A stretch of 30,000 nt of DNA, from positions 10,330 to 40,329 of the forward strand of contig CALBTT010000157.1 in assembly GCA_937967645.1 (NCBI GenBank). The letters run 5' to 3'. The notes beneath the pieces were generated by a model. It worked only from the letters and a program-made list of their open reading frames with translations. It ran no database searches and was not told where the DNA came from. Made by a program: the position numbers and the translations under genes. Below are positions 6,943 through 17,632 of the stretch, in pieces (position 1 is the stretch's first letter; every line of letters starts with the position of its first letter). This DNA comes from an uncultured Zoogloea sp. GTDB taxonomy: Bacteria; Pseudomonadota; Gammaproteobacteria; Burkholderiales; Rhodocyclaceae.

Positions 6943-9054
6943 ATGCCTCGCCGCTTCACCCCGACCCCGCTCAGCCTTGCCCTGCTTGCCGCCCTGACGC
7001 CCCTTTCCGAAGCGGTCAAGGCCGCCGACTCCAGCATCACCCTCAACCCGGTGGTGATCACGGGCAGCCGTGCCGAAGCCGCCAGCTTCGACCTCCCGGC
7101 CGCCATCGACGTGCTGGACCGGGAGCAGATCACCGCCGGCCAGCCGCGGGTGAACGCCTCCGAGGCCCTCCTCGCCGTGCCTGGGGTGGTTGCCAACAAC
7201 CGCCAGAACTACGCCCAGGACCTGCAGATCTCGACCCGTGGCTTCGGCGCCCGCTCGGCCTTCGGGGTACGTGGCGTCAAGCTGATCACCGATGGCATCC
7301 CGGCCAGCATGCCGGACGGCCAGGGCCAGGCCGCCACCTTCAACCTGGACGTGGCGGAGCGCATGGAAGTGCTGCGCGGCCCCTTCTCCGCCGTGTATGG
7401 CAACCACTCCGGCGGCGTCATCCAGCTGTTCACCCGCGAGCCGGAAGACCGCCCCAGCGTGGAAGGGGGCCTGGCCGTCGGCAGCTACGGCACCACCAAG
7501 GCCGACCTGGGCGCCCAGGGCAAGGCCGGCGGGCTGGGCTATGTATTCAGCACCTCCCACTTCGACACCGACGGCTACCGCGATCATTCCGCCGCTACCC
7601 GGGACCAGGCCTTCCTGAAGCTCACCGGCAAGCCCGACGACGTGAGCAAGCTGAGCTTCGTGGTCAATGGCCTGTGGCAGCACAACACCCAGGATCCCCT
7701 GGGCCTGTCGTGGAGCGGCTACAAGTCCAACCCCCGTGGCGTGGACCAGGCCGCCATCGACTACAACACCCGCAAGAGCATCGACCACCTGCAGGCCGGC
7801 GTCGCCTATGAGCGCAAGTTCGGCAGCGACCTGCTCCAGCTGTCCACCTACTCGGGCCAGCGCAGCGTGATCCAGTACCAGTCGATCCCCAAGTCGGTCC
7901 AGGCCAATGTGCGTCACTCCGGCGGGATCATCGACTTCGACCGCAGCTTCTACGGATTCGGCGCCCGCTACATCGCCATCCGCGAAGTGGCTGGCGGCAA
8001 GCTCACCACTACCGTCGGCGCCGACTTCGACAGCAGCACCGACCAGCGCCGCGGCTACGAGAACTTCGTCGGCAACACCCTGGGCGTCAAGGGCAAGCTG
8101 CGCCGCAAGGAGACCGACACCGTCGAGAGCCTCGACCCCTACGTGCAGAGCGAATGGGCGGCGGGCAACTGGGCCGTCACGGCCGGCCTGCGCCACAGCC
8201 AGGTCAAGTTCAAGGTGGATGACCAGTACGTCTCCGGCCTGAATGGCGATGACAGCGGCCGCCGCGACTACAACAAGACCACCCCGGTGCTGGGCGTCGT
8301 CTACAAGCTCAACCCGGCGGTGAACCTCTACGCCAGCGCGGCGCGAGGCTTCGAGACCCCGACCCTCAACGAGATGTTCTACTCGGGCAATGGCGGCAGC
8401 TTCAACTTCGGCCTCAACCCCTCCCGCAGCAAGCACCTGGAAGTGGGTGCCAAGGCCTTCGTCGGCGACGCCAGCCGCGTGAACCTGGCGGTGTTCCAGA
8501 TCACCACCGATGACGAGCTGGTGGTGGACACCGCCATCGGCGGCCGCACCAGCTACAAGAACGCCGGCAAGACCCAGCGCCAGGGTGTCGAGCTGTCCTT
8601 CGACACCGCCTGGCGCAAGGACCTCACCAGCCGCTTCGCCGCCTCCTACCTGCGCGCCATCTACGACGAAGGTTTCCGCACCGGCAGCGCCAACACCCTG
8701 GTCGCCGCCGGCAACCTGATGCCGGGCATCCCGCGCACCACGGTGTTCGGCGACCTGGCCTGGAAGCCCATGCCCGGCCTCACCACTGCCGTCGAAGGGG
8801 TGTACCGCAGCAAGGTCTATGTGGAGGACACCAACTCCCAGACCCCTGCGCCCTCCTACGCCATTGCCAACGTGCGCGTCACCGCCGAGCAACGCGTCGG
8901 GCCCTGGCGCTTCACCGAGTTTGCCCGGATCGACAACCTGTTCGACCGCCAGTACGTGGGCTCCGTCGTCGTCGGCGACACCAACGGCCGCTACTACGAA
9001 GGTGCCCCCGGCCGCAACGGCATGGTCGGTGTGAACGCGCGCTACACCTGGTAA
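6943..9054 (+). CDS. TonB-dependent outer-membrane receptor, 703 aa; substrate unknown
   Basis: Signal peptide, TonB-box-like ITLNPVVITGSR, and plug-domain motifs (VEVLRGPFSAVYG-type: MEVLRGPFSAVYGNHSGGVIQLFTR). It has a long beta-barrel region and a terminal aromatic residue (…NARYTW). Confidence 0.9.
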   Translation: MPRRFTPTPLSLALLAALTPLSEAVKAADSSITLNPVVITGSRAEAASFDLPAAIDVLDREQITAGQPRVNASEALLAVPGVVANNRQNYAQDLQISTRGFGARSAFGVRGVKLITDGIPASMPDGQGQAATFNLDVAERMEVLRGPFSAVYGNHSGGVIQLFTREPEDRPSVEGGLAVGSYGTTKADLGAQGKAGGLGYVFSTSHFDTDGYRDHSAATRDQAFLKLTGKPDDVSKLSFVVNGLWQHNTQDPLGLSWSGYKSNPRGVDQAAIDYNTRKSIDHLQAGVAYERKFGSDLLQLSTYSGQRSVIQYQSIPKSVQANVRHSGGIIDFDRSFYGFGARYIAIREVAGGKLTTTVGADFDSSTDQRRGYENFVGNTLGVKGKLRRKETDTVESLDPYVQSEWAAGNWAVTAGLRHSQVKFKVDDQYVSGLNGDDSGRRDYNKTTPVLGVVYKLNPAVNLYASAARGFETPTLNEMFYSGNGGSFNFGLNPSRSKHLEVGAKAFVGDASRVNLAVFQITTDDELVVDTAIGGRTSYKNAGKTQRQGVELSFDTAWRKDLTSRFAASYLRAIYDEGFRTGSANTLVAAGNLMPGIPRTTVFGDLAWKPMPGLTTAVEGVYRSKVYVEDTNSQTPAPSYAIANVRVTAEQRVGPWRFTEFARIDNLFDRQYVGSVVVGDTNGRYYEGAPGRNGMVGVNARYTW

Positions 9055-9078
9055 GCCCTGGCGCGCCCTGCGCACCAC

Positions 9079-9119
9079 GCCGCCCCGAGCCTGGATCAGG
9101 CCGGGGCGGTTTTCATTTG
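9079..9119 (+). terminator. Rho-independent terminator of the TonB-dependent receptor gene
   Basis: GCCGCCCCG-A-GCCT-ggatc-AGGC-CGGGGCGGT followed by TTTTCATTT. Long GC stem with a T-run. Confidence 0.75.
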
Positions 9120-9302
9120 GACGGCCGCATTCCACAGAGGCCCGACACAGCCCTCCCGGGCAGTGAATTGTTGCTAATACAGCAACACTGGTTTGCCGAT
9201 TAGCCCCTATTTCGCATCATCCCCCAGGGCTAAAGTTCGCACATGGGCACTGCGGACAACTCGCTGCAAGGCCTTCACCCAAACAGGAAAGGACCCATCG
9301 CC

Positions 9303-10022
9303 ATGCTGGAACTGAGACCCGCCGCCGCACGAGGTACCGCGAACTTCGGCTGGCTGCAATCGCGGCACAGCTTCTCCTTCGGCCACTACTACGACCCGGA
9401 TCAGGTCGGGTTCTCCGACCTGCTGGTGATCAACGACGACCGCGTGAGCCCGGGCAAGGGCTTCGGCACCCACCCCCACCGCGACATGGAGATCTTCTCC
9501 TACGTGCTCGACGGGGCGCTCGAACACAAGGACTCGATGGGCACCGGCTCGGTGATCCGCCCTGGCGACGTGCAGATGATGAGCGCCGGCACGGGCATCC
9601 TGCACAGCGAGTACAACGGCTCCCGGGAAGCCCCGGTGCACTTCCTGCAGATCTGGATCGTGCCCAACCAGGTCGGCGTGGCGCCGCGCTACCAGCAACA
9701 GCACTTCAGCGAGGCCGACAAGCGCGGCCGCCTGCGCCTGATCATCTCGCCGGACGGCGCAGAAGGCTCGCTGTCGGTGTATCAGGATGCCCGCGTCCAT
9801 GCCGGGCTGTTCGATGGCGACGAAGAGGCGCGCATCAGCCTCCCCGCCGGACGCCATGCCTACGTGCATGTCGCCCGCGGCGCCCTCACGGTGAATGGGC
9901 AGCGCATGAGTGCCGGTGACGGGGCACGGCTGCGGAACGTCCAGCAGATCGACTTCTCCGGCGGCCAGGACGCCGAGGTGCTGCTGTTCGACCTGAGGCC
10001 TGTGGAACTACCCGGCGACTGA
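9303..10022 (+). CDS. Pirin-family (YhhW-like) bicupin protein, 239 aa
   Basis: The pirin N-terminal signature is present (…GWLQSRHSFSFGHYYDP…GFGTHPHRDMEIFSYVLDGALEHKDSMG…). ATG 9303 is preceded by AGGAAAGGA. The ORF-track start at 9243 is rejected. Confidence 0.9.
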   Translation: MLELRPAAARGTANFGWLQSRHSFSFGHYYDPDQVGFSDLLVINDDRVSPGKGFGTHPHRDMEIFSYVLDGALEHKDSMGTGSVIRPGDVQMMSAGTGILHSEYNGSREAPVHFLQIWIVPNQVGVAPRYQQQHFSEADKRGRLRLIISPDGAEGSLSVYQDARVHAGLFDGDEEARISLPAGRHAYVHVARGALTVNGQRMSAGDGARLRNVQQIDFSGGQDAEVLLFDLRPVELPGD

Positions 10023-10072
10023 AGGGTGGTGGCGGTGCGTCAGGCGGACGCCGCCGCCGGGATGGTCTGAAC

Positions 10073-10100
10073 GGCTGGCTCTCCATCCGGAGAGCCAGCC
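10073..10100. terminator. Perfect 12-bp-stem hairpin between the convergent pirin and acxR genes (candidate bidirectional terminator; no T-run)
   Basis: GGCTGGCTCTCC-atcc-GGAGAGCCAGCC read directly. It lies in the 87-bp gap between the two stop codons. Confidence 0.6.
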
Positions 10101-10109
10101 CATGACCCA

Positions 10110-12077
<1,968 letters not shown>

Positions 12078-12206
12078 CGCGACGGCTTGCTCGTCGCCAA
12101 TGCGGGGAATCACAGGATTGCGGGAAGGCGTCACATTGCGCTCGCTTAAGACTCCACTCAGGGTTCCAAAAACCCTGCACGGAGCAGGCCTTTTCAGATA
12201 CGCGTA

Positions 12207-12235
12207 ACCGTAGCCAGAAGACTGAACCAAGTCAA
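12207..12235 (-). promoter_or_regulatory. Candidate sigma-70 promoter for acxR (TTGACT-17 nt-TACGGT) with an AT-rich upstream tract
   Basis: On the minus strand, TTGACT (12235-12230) is separated by 17 nt from TACGGT (12212-12207). An AT-rich UP-like segment lies immediately upstream. The -10 element is poor. Confidence 0.25.
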
Positions 12236-12248
12236 ATAAAGTCTTTTA

Positions 12249-12261
12249 TATCAATGCGTTG
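12249..12261 (+). promoter_or_regulatory. IHF-consensus match (TATCAATGCGTTG = WATCAANNNNTTR) in the only AT-rich patch of the acxR-acxA intergenic region
   Basis: Exact match to the WATCAANNNNTTR core, read directly. It lies upstream of the enhancer-like sites rather than between them and the promoter. Confidence 0.3.
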
Positions 12262-12286
12262 TGCAAAGCAGCATCCAACGGGCGAG

Positions 12287-12357
12287 GTGTCCGGATTCCG
12301 GACACTCCGTACTGCATGTCGGTGTTCCGGACAATCCCGCCCCCGCCACCGGACACC
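12287..12357. promoter_or_regulatory. Candidate enhancer (UAS) for AcxR: a perfect palindrome and an imperfect copy, both TGT-N11-ACA, plus a third CCGGACA half-site
   Basis: GTGTCCGGA-T-TCCGGACAC (12287-12305) is a perfect 9-1-9 dyad. TGTCGGTGTTCCGGACA (12317-12333) is second. CCGGACAC recurs at 12349-12356. The dyad centres lie about 130 and about 100 bp upstream of the -24 GG. Confidence 0.5.
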
Positions 12358-12380
12358 TCGCTTTATGCCCGTGCGGATTG

Positions 12381-12393
12381 CAAGCCGCTGATT
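12381..12393 (-). promoter_or_regulatory. Second, imperfect IHF-like site (AATCAGCGGCTTG on the minus strand) between the UAS and the -24/-12 promoter
   Basis: One mismatch to WATCAANNNNTTR. It sits next to an A/T-rich stretch (ATTTGTCAAAAGAACA). The position is appropriate for DNA bending at a sigma-54 promoter. Confidence 0.25.
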
Positions 12394-12423
12394 TGTCAAA
12401 AGAACAGAGGGATTTCCGGGATC

Positions 12424-12438
12424 TGGCCCGGCGCTTGC
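12424..12438 (+). promoter_or_regulatory. Sigma-54 (-24/-12) promoter of acxABC
   Basis: TGGCCC-GGCGC-TTGC against the consensus TGGCAC-N5-TTGC. GG (12425-26) and GC (12437-38) are spaced exactly 12 nt apart. It lies 55 nt upstream of the acxA ATG, beside a divergent sigma-54 activator gene. Confidence 0.8.
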
Positions 12439-12492
12439 CATTGACCTGTCGTGGGGCTTCTCACCACACACACCAATGACAGGAGACACGAC

Positions 12493-14640
12493 ATGCAAGT
12501 CCAGCAGTCAAGCGTACAGGTGATGGGCATCGATGCCGGCGGCACGATGACCGACACCTTCTTCGTCCGCGCCGATGGGCGCTTCGTGGTCGGCAAGGCG
12601 CAGAGCAATCCCGGCGACGAATCCCTGGCGATCTACAACTCCTCGGTCGATGCCCTGGCGCACTGGGGCCGGGAAGTGGACGACGTCTATCCGGAACTGG
12701 TCACCTGCGTCTATTCGGGCACGGCCATGCTCAACCGCATCCTGATGCGCAAGGGTCTGGACGTCGGCCTCATCTGCAACCGCGGCTTCGAGCAGCTCCA
12801 CTCCATGGGCCGCGCCCTGCAGAGCTACCTGGGCTACGCCCTGGAAGACCGCATCCACCTCAACACCCACCGCTATGACGAGCCGCTGGTGCCGGTGTCG
12901 CGCACCCGGGGCGTCACCGAGCGCACCGACGTACAGGGCCGGATCGTCATTCCCCTGCGTGAGGACGAGGTGCGCCAGGCCACCCGCGAGCTGGTCGAGG
13001 CCGGCTCCCAGGCCATCGTCATCTGCCTGCTGCAATCCCACAAGAACGAGATCAGCGAGCAGCGCGCCCGCGACATCGTGCGGGAGGAACTGAAGCGGCT
13101 GAAGTCCGACATCCCGGTGTTCGCCTCGGTGGACTACTACCCGTCGCGCAAGGAAAGCCACCGGATGAACACCACCATCCTCGAGGCCTACGGCGCCGAG
13201 CCCTCACGCCAGACCCTCAAGAAGGTCAGCGACCGCTTCAAGAAGCACGGCGCCAAGTTCGACCTGCGGGTCATGGCCACCCACGGCGGCACCATCAGCT
13301 GGAAGGCCAAGGAGCTGGCCCGCACCATTGTCTCCGGCCCGATCGGCGGGGTCATCGGCTCCAAGCTGCTGGGCGAATACCTGGGGGACGAGAACATCGC
13401 CTGCTCCGACATCGGCGGCACCAGCTTCGACGTGGCGCTGATCACCAAGGGCAGCTTCGCCATCAAGTCCGACCCGGACATGGCCCGCCTGGTGCTTTCC
13501 CTGCCGCTGGTGGCGATGGACTCGGTGGGCGCCGGCGCCGGCAGCTTCGTGCGCCTCGACCCCTACAGCAAGTCGATCAAGCTCGGCCCCGACTCCGCCG
13601 GCTACCGGGTCGGCACCTGCTGGCCGGAGAGCGGGCTGGACACGGTCTCGGTATCCGACTGCCACGTGGTGCTGGGCTACCTCAACCCGGACAACTTCCT
13701 CGGCGGGGCCATCAAGCTGGACGTGCAGCGCGCCCGCGACCACATCAAGGCGCAGATCGCCGACCCGCTGGGCCTGTCGGTGGAGGATGCCGCCGCCGGC
13801 GTGATCGAGCTGCTCGACCTGACCCTCTCTGAGTACCTGCGCGCCAACATCAGCGCCAAGGGCTACAACCCCGCCGAGTTCACCTGCTTCTCCTACGGCG
13901 GGGCCGGCCCGGTGCACACCTACGGCTACACCGAAGGCGTCGGCTTCAAGGACGTGGTGGTGCCCGCCTGGGCTGCCGGCTTCTCGGCCTTCGGCTGCGC
14001 CTGCGCCGACTTCGAGTACCGCTACGACAAGTCGGTGGACCTGGGTGTCGCCCAGTTCGCCCCCGACGCCCAGAAGGCCGCCGCCTGCACCACCCTGCAG
14101 GCGGCCTGGGAGGAACTGGCGGTCAAGGTCATCGACGAGTTCGTCAATAACGGCTTCAAGCCCGAAGACGTGCTGCTCATCCCCGGCTACAAGATGCAGT
14201 ACATGGGCCAGCTCAACGACCTGGAGATCGTCTCTCCAGTGAGCAGCGCCAGCACCGCCGCCGACTGGGACCAGATCGTCGACAGCTTCGAGGCCACCTA
14301 CGGCCGCGTCTATGCCAGCTCGGCCCGCTCGCCGGAGCTGGGCTTCTCGATCACCGGCGCGATCCTGCGCGGCATGGTCGTCACCCAGAAGCCGGTGTTG
14401 CCCGAGGACCCGGACGCCGGCCCGACGCCACCGCAAGAAGCCTTCCTCGGCACCCGCCCCTTCTACCGCCACAAGAAGTGGGTCGAGGCCGCCCTGTGGA
14501 AGATGGAAGCGCTGAAGGCCGGCAACCACATCACCGGCCCCGCCATCATCGAATCCGATGCCACCACCTTCGTCGTGCCCGATGGCTTTGAAACCACCAT
14601 CGACAAGCACCGCCTGTTCCATCTCAAAGAAGTGAAGTGA
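12493..14640 (+). CDS. acxA: Acetone carboxylase beta subunit (hydantoinase A / oxoprolinase-type ATPase), 715 aa
   Basis: Hydantoinase_A-type N-terminus (VMGIDAGGTMTDTF). Size and gene order (about 715/774/167 aa) match acxABC of Xanthobacter autotrophicus and Aromatoleum. ATG 12493 is preceded by AGGAG with a 7-nt spacer. Confidence 0.9.
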   Translation: MQVQQSSVQVMGIDAGGTMTDTFFVRADGRFVVGKAQSNPGDESLAIYNSSVDALAHWGREVDDVYPELVTCVYSGTAMLNRILMRKGLDVGLICNRGFEQLHSMGRALQSYLGYALEDRIHLNTHRYDEPLVPVSRTRGVTERTDVQGRIVIPLREDEVRQATRELVEAGSQAIVICLLQSHKNEISEQRARDIVREELKRLKSDIPVFASVDYYPSRKESHRMNTTILEAYGAEPSRQTLKKVSDRFKKHGAKFDLRVMATHGGTISWKAKELARTIVSGPIGGVIGSKLLGEYLGDENIACSDIGGTSFDVALITKGSFAIKSDPDMARLVLSLPLVAMDSVGAGAGSFVRLDPYSKSIKLGPDSAGYRVGTCWPESGLDTVSVSDCHVVLGYLNPDNFLGGAIKLDVQRARDHIKAQIADPLGLSVEDAAAGVIELLDLTLSEYLRANISAKGYNPAEFTCFSYGGAGPVHTYGYTEGVGFKDVVVPAWAAGFSAFGCACADFEYRYDKSVDLGVAQFAPDAQKAAACTTLQAAWEELAVKVIDEFVNNGFKPEDVLLIPGYKMQYMGQLNDLEIVSPVSSASTAADWDQIVDSFEATYGRVYASSARSPELGFSITGAILRGMVVTQKPVLPEDPDAGPTPPQEAFLGTRPFYRHKKWVEAALWKMEALKAGNHITGPAIIESDATTFVVPDGFETTIDKHRLFHLKEVK

Positions 14641-14651
14641 GGAGACCAATC

Positions 14652-16976
14652 ATGAACATGATGAGCAACAAGGAAATCGGCATCGGCAAGCTGCTGGCCA
14701 GCGGTCTGACCCTCAAGCAGCACCGCGACGCCATCATCGAGCGCACCCAGACCACCGGCTACTACAACGGCCTGGAGAAGCTGGCCCTGCGCGACAGCGA
14801 CCCGATCGGCTACGAGAAGCTCTTCTCCAAGCTGCGCGGCGGCCTGGTGCATGCCCGCGAGACCGCCAAGAAGATCGCCGCCAGCCCCATCGTCGAGCAG
14901 GAAGGCGAACTCTGCTTCACCCTCTACAACGCCGCCGGCGACTGCGTCCTGACCTCCACCGGCATCATCATCCACGTCGGCACCATGGGCGCGGCGATCA
15001 AGTACATGATCGAGAACAACTGGGAGGCCAACCCGACGATCAACCCGGGTGACATGTTCACCACCAACGACTGCGCCATCGGCAACGTCCACCCCTGCGA
15101 CATCGCCACCATCGTGCCGATCTTCTGGGAAGGCAAGCTGATCGGCTGGGTCGGCGGCGTCACCCACGTCATCGACACCGGCTCGGTGACCCCCGGCTCC
15201 ATGTCCACCGGCCAGACCCAGCGCTTCGGCGACGGCTACATGATCACCTGCCGCAAGACCGGCGTGAATGACGAGCCCCTGCGCGACTGGCTGCACGAGT
15301 CCCAGCGCTCGGTGCGCACGCCCAAGTACTGGATCCTCGACGAGAAGACCCGCATCGCCGGCTGCCACATGATCCGCGAGCTGGTCGAGGACGTGATCCG
15401 CGCCGACGGCCTCGACGCCTACATGAAGTTCTCCCATGAGGTCATCGAGGAAGGCCGCCGCGGCCTGATGAGCCGCATCAAGGCGATGACCCTGCCCGGC
15501 AAGTACCGCAAGGTGTCCTTCGTCGATGTGCCCTACAAGCACGAGGACGTGCAGGTCTCCAACGCCTTCGCCAAGCTCGATTCGATCATGCACTCGCCCT
15601 GCGAGATGACCATCAAGCCCGACGGCAAGTGGCGGCTCGACTTCGAGGGTGCCAGCCGCTGGGGCTGGCACACCTTCAATGCCCACCAGGTGGCCTTCAC
15701 CTCGGGCATCTGGGTGATGATGTGCCAGACCCTGGTACCCACCCAGCGCATCAACGACGGCGCCTACTACGCCACCGAGTTCCGCCTGCCCAAGGGCACC
15801 TGGTGCAACCCGGACGACCGCCGCACCGGCCACGCCTACGCCTGGCACTTCCTGGTGTCCGGCTGGGCCGCCCTGTGGCGCGGTCTGTCCCAGTCCTACT
15901 TCAGCCGCGGCTACCTGGAGGAGGTCAACGCCGGCAACGCCAACACCTCCAACTGGCTGCAGGGCGGCGGCATCAATCAGGACGGCGAGATCCACGCGGT
16001 GAACAGCTTCGAGGCCAGCTCCTGCGGCACCGGCGCCTGCGCCGTCAAGGACGGCCTCAACCACGCCGCCGCCATCTGGAACCCCGAAGGCGACATGGGC
16101 GACATCGAGATCTGGGAGATGGCCGAGCCGCTGCTCTACCTCGGCCGCAACGTCAAGGCCAACTCCGGCGGCTACGGCAAGTACCGGGGCGGCTGCGGCT
16201 TCGAGACCCTGCGCATGGTGTGGAACGCCCAGGACTGGACCATGTTCTTCATGGGCAACGGCTTCATGAACAGCGACTGGGGGATGATGGGCGGCTACCC
16301 GTCGGCCACCGGCTACCGCTTCGAAGCCCACAAGACCGGCCTCAAGGAGCGCATCGCCATCGGCGACTCCCTGCCACTCGGCGGCGACCTCGACCCGTCC
16401 CGCCCGGACTACGAGCGCCATCTGGACGCCACCGCCACGGTCAAGCGCGACAAGCAGTGCATCACCACCGAAGACTGCTACGACAACCACGACCTCTACC
16501 TCAACTACCTGCGTGGCGGCCCTGGCTTCGGCGACCCCATCGACCGCGAGGTCAAGGCCATCGAGAACGACCTCAACCAGAAGTTCCTGCTGCCGGAGTA
16601 CGCCCAGAAGGTCTACGGCGCGGTGTTCTCCCAGGACGCCAAGGGCGTGTTCACGGTGGATCCGGCCCTGACCCAGGCCCGCCGTGCAGAGATCCGCAAG
16701 GAACGCCTGGCCCGCGCCCTGCCGACCCGCGAGTGGATGAAGGAGGAGCGCGAACGCATCCTCAACAAGCACGCCGCCGTGCAGGTGCAGCACATGTTCG
16801 CCACCAGCTTCGCCCTGTCGGAGAAGTTCACCCAGCAGTTCAAGACCTTCTGGAACCTGCCGGCCGACTGGCAGCTGCTGGAGGAGGAGCTGGGCGTGCC
16901 GACCTACGGCTCGAAGCACCGCATGGACCTCTCGCTGATGCCCGACGTCACCACCGTCGTCCAGGTCGAAGAATGA
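14652..16976 (+). CDS. acxB: Acetone carboxylase alpha subunit (hydantoinase B family), 774 aa
   Basis: Hydantoinase_B-like sequence throughout. ATG 14652 is preceded by GGAG with a 7-nt spacer. The GTG at 14637 used by the ORF track overlaps the acxA stop and is less likely. Confidence 0.9.
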   Translation: MNMMSNKEIGIGKLLASGLTLKQHRDAIIERTQTTGYYNGLEKLALRDSDPIGYEKLFSKLRGGLVHARETAKKIAASPIVEQEGELCFTLYNAAGDCVLTSTGIIIHVGTMGAAIKYMIENNWEANPTINPGDMFTTNDCAIGNVHPCDIATIVPIFWEGKLIGWVGGVTHVIDTGSVTPGSMSTGQTQRFGDGYMITCRKTGVNDEPLRDWLHESQRSVRTPKYWILDEKTRIAGCHMIRELVEDVIRADGLDAYMKFSHEVIEEGRRGLMSRIKAMTLPGKYRKVSFVDVPYKHEDVQVSNAFAKLDSIMHSPCEMTIKPDGKWRLDFEGASRWGWHTFNAHQVAFTSGIWVMMCQTLVPTQRINDGAYYATEFRLPKGTWCNPDDRRTGHAYAWHFLVSGWAALWRGLSQSYFSRGYLEEVNAGNANTSNWLQGGGINQDGEIHAVNSFEASSCGTGACAVKDGLNHAAAIWNPEGDMGDIEIWEMAEPLLYLGRNVKANSGGYGKYRGGCGFETLRMVWNAQDWTMFFMGNGFMNSDWGMMGGYPSATGYRFEAHKTGLKERIAIGDSLPLGGDLDPSRPDYERHLDATATVKRDKQCITTEDCYDNHDLYLNYLRGGPGFGDPIDREVKAIENDLNQKFLLPEYAQKVYGAVFSQDAKGVFTVDPALTQARRAEIRKERLARALPTREWMKEERERILNKHAAVQVQHMFATSFALSEKFTQQFKTFWNLPADWQLLEEELGVPTYGSKHRMDLSLMPDVTTVVQVEE

Positions 16977-17015
16977 CCGCCCGCCGCACCGACACCCCGA
17001 ATCAAGGAGCACGCA

Positions 17016-17519
17016 ATGTCATACACGAATGAACAGGTCAGCCATCTGGTCGAGGGCACGCTGGACTGGGAAACCACCTTCCGCATGCTGTCCATGCCCA
17101 AGGACAACAGCCGCTTCGAGCAATACGTCGCCGCCCTGCAGGCCAAGGTCGGCTTCAAGGACCGCATCGTCCTGCCCCTCGCCCCGCACATGTACATCGT
17201 GCAGTCGGCCGCCACCAAGCAGTGGATCATCAAGTGCGACTGCGGCCACGAGTTCTGCGACTACAGGGAGAACTGGAAGCTGCATGCCTCCATCTATGTG
17301 CGCGACACCGAGGAGGCGATGACCGAGGTCTATCCCAAGCTGATGGCCCCGGACACCCAGTGGCAGGTCTACCGGGAGTACTACTGCCCGACCTGCGGCA
17401 CCCTGCATGACGTAGAGGCACCGACCCCGTGGTACCCGGTGATCCACGACTTCGAGCCGGACATCGAGGCCTTCTACAAGGAATGGGTGCATCTGCCGGT
17501 ACCCGAGCGCGCTGACTGA
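17016..17519 (+). CDS. acxC: Acetone carboxylase gamma subunit, 167 aa
   Basis: [31 protein letters not shown]… is a typical AcxC N-terminus. Cys clusters CDCGHEFC and CPTCGTLH form the Zn site. AAGGAG lies 6 nt upstream of the ATG. Confidence 0.9.
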   Translation: MSYTNEQVSHLVEGTLDWETTFRMLSMPKDNSRFEQYVAALQAKVGFKDRIVLPLAPHMYIVQSAATKQWIIKCDCGHEFCDYRENWKLHASIYVRDTEEAMTEVYPKLMAPDTQWQVYREYYCPTCGTLHDVEAPTPWYPVIHDFEPDIEAFYKEWVHLPVPERAD

Positions 17520-17558
17520 GGCCTCATCAGCCCCTCCAGGCCCCTCAGGGCCCGGACC

Positions 17559-17591
17559 GGGGCGGCGGCCGGATCTCCCGGCTGCCGCCCC
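17559..17591 (+). other. Strong GC-rich stem-loop between acxC and the CoA-transferase gene (possible attenuator, partial terminator or mRNA-stabilising structure)
   Basis: GGGGCGGC-G-GCCGG-atctc-CCGGC-T-GCCGCCCC gives 13 Watson-Crick pairs plus one G.U. No T-run follows. Confidence 0.6.
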
Positions 17592-17632
17592 GCAGCGCAA
17601 CACTGACAACAGCACATCGGGGACTGCACCCA

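Noticed and set aside
12078-12230. N-terminal extensions given by the ORF track for acxR and several other genes (2994-3113, 2243-2302, 9243-9302, 12451-12492, 14637-14651, 19982-20059, 25149-25196, 25166-25240, 26060-26071, 27169-27183).
   Set aside because: The internal starts have better Shine-Dalgarno sequences and give N-termini matching the expected family starts. Several track starts are TTG/GTG codons lying in promoter-like or neighbouring-gene sequence. These are judgement calls without experimental support.
12232-12498. Small ORFs (61, 72 and 88 aa) inside the acxR-acxA intergenic region.
   Set aside because: They overlap the palindromic enhancer sites and the -24/-12 promoter, and they lack RBSs. 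Their peptide composition is implausible, so the region is better explained as regulatory DNA.
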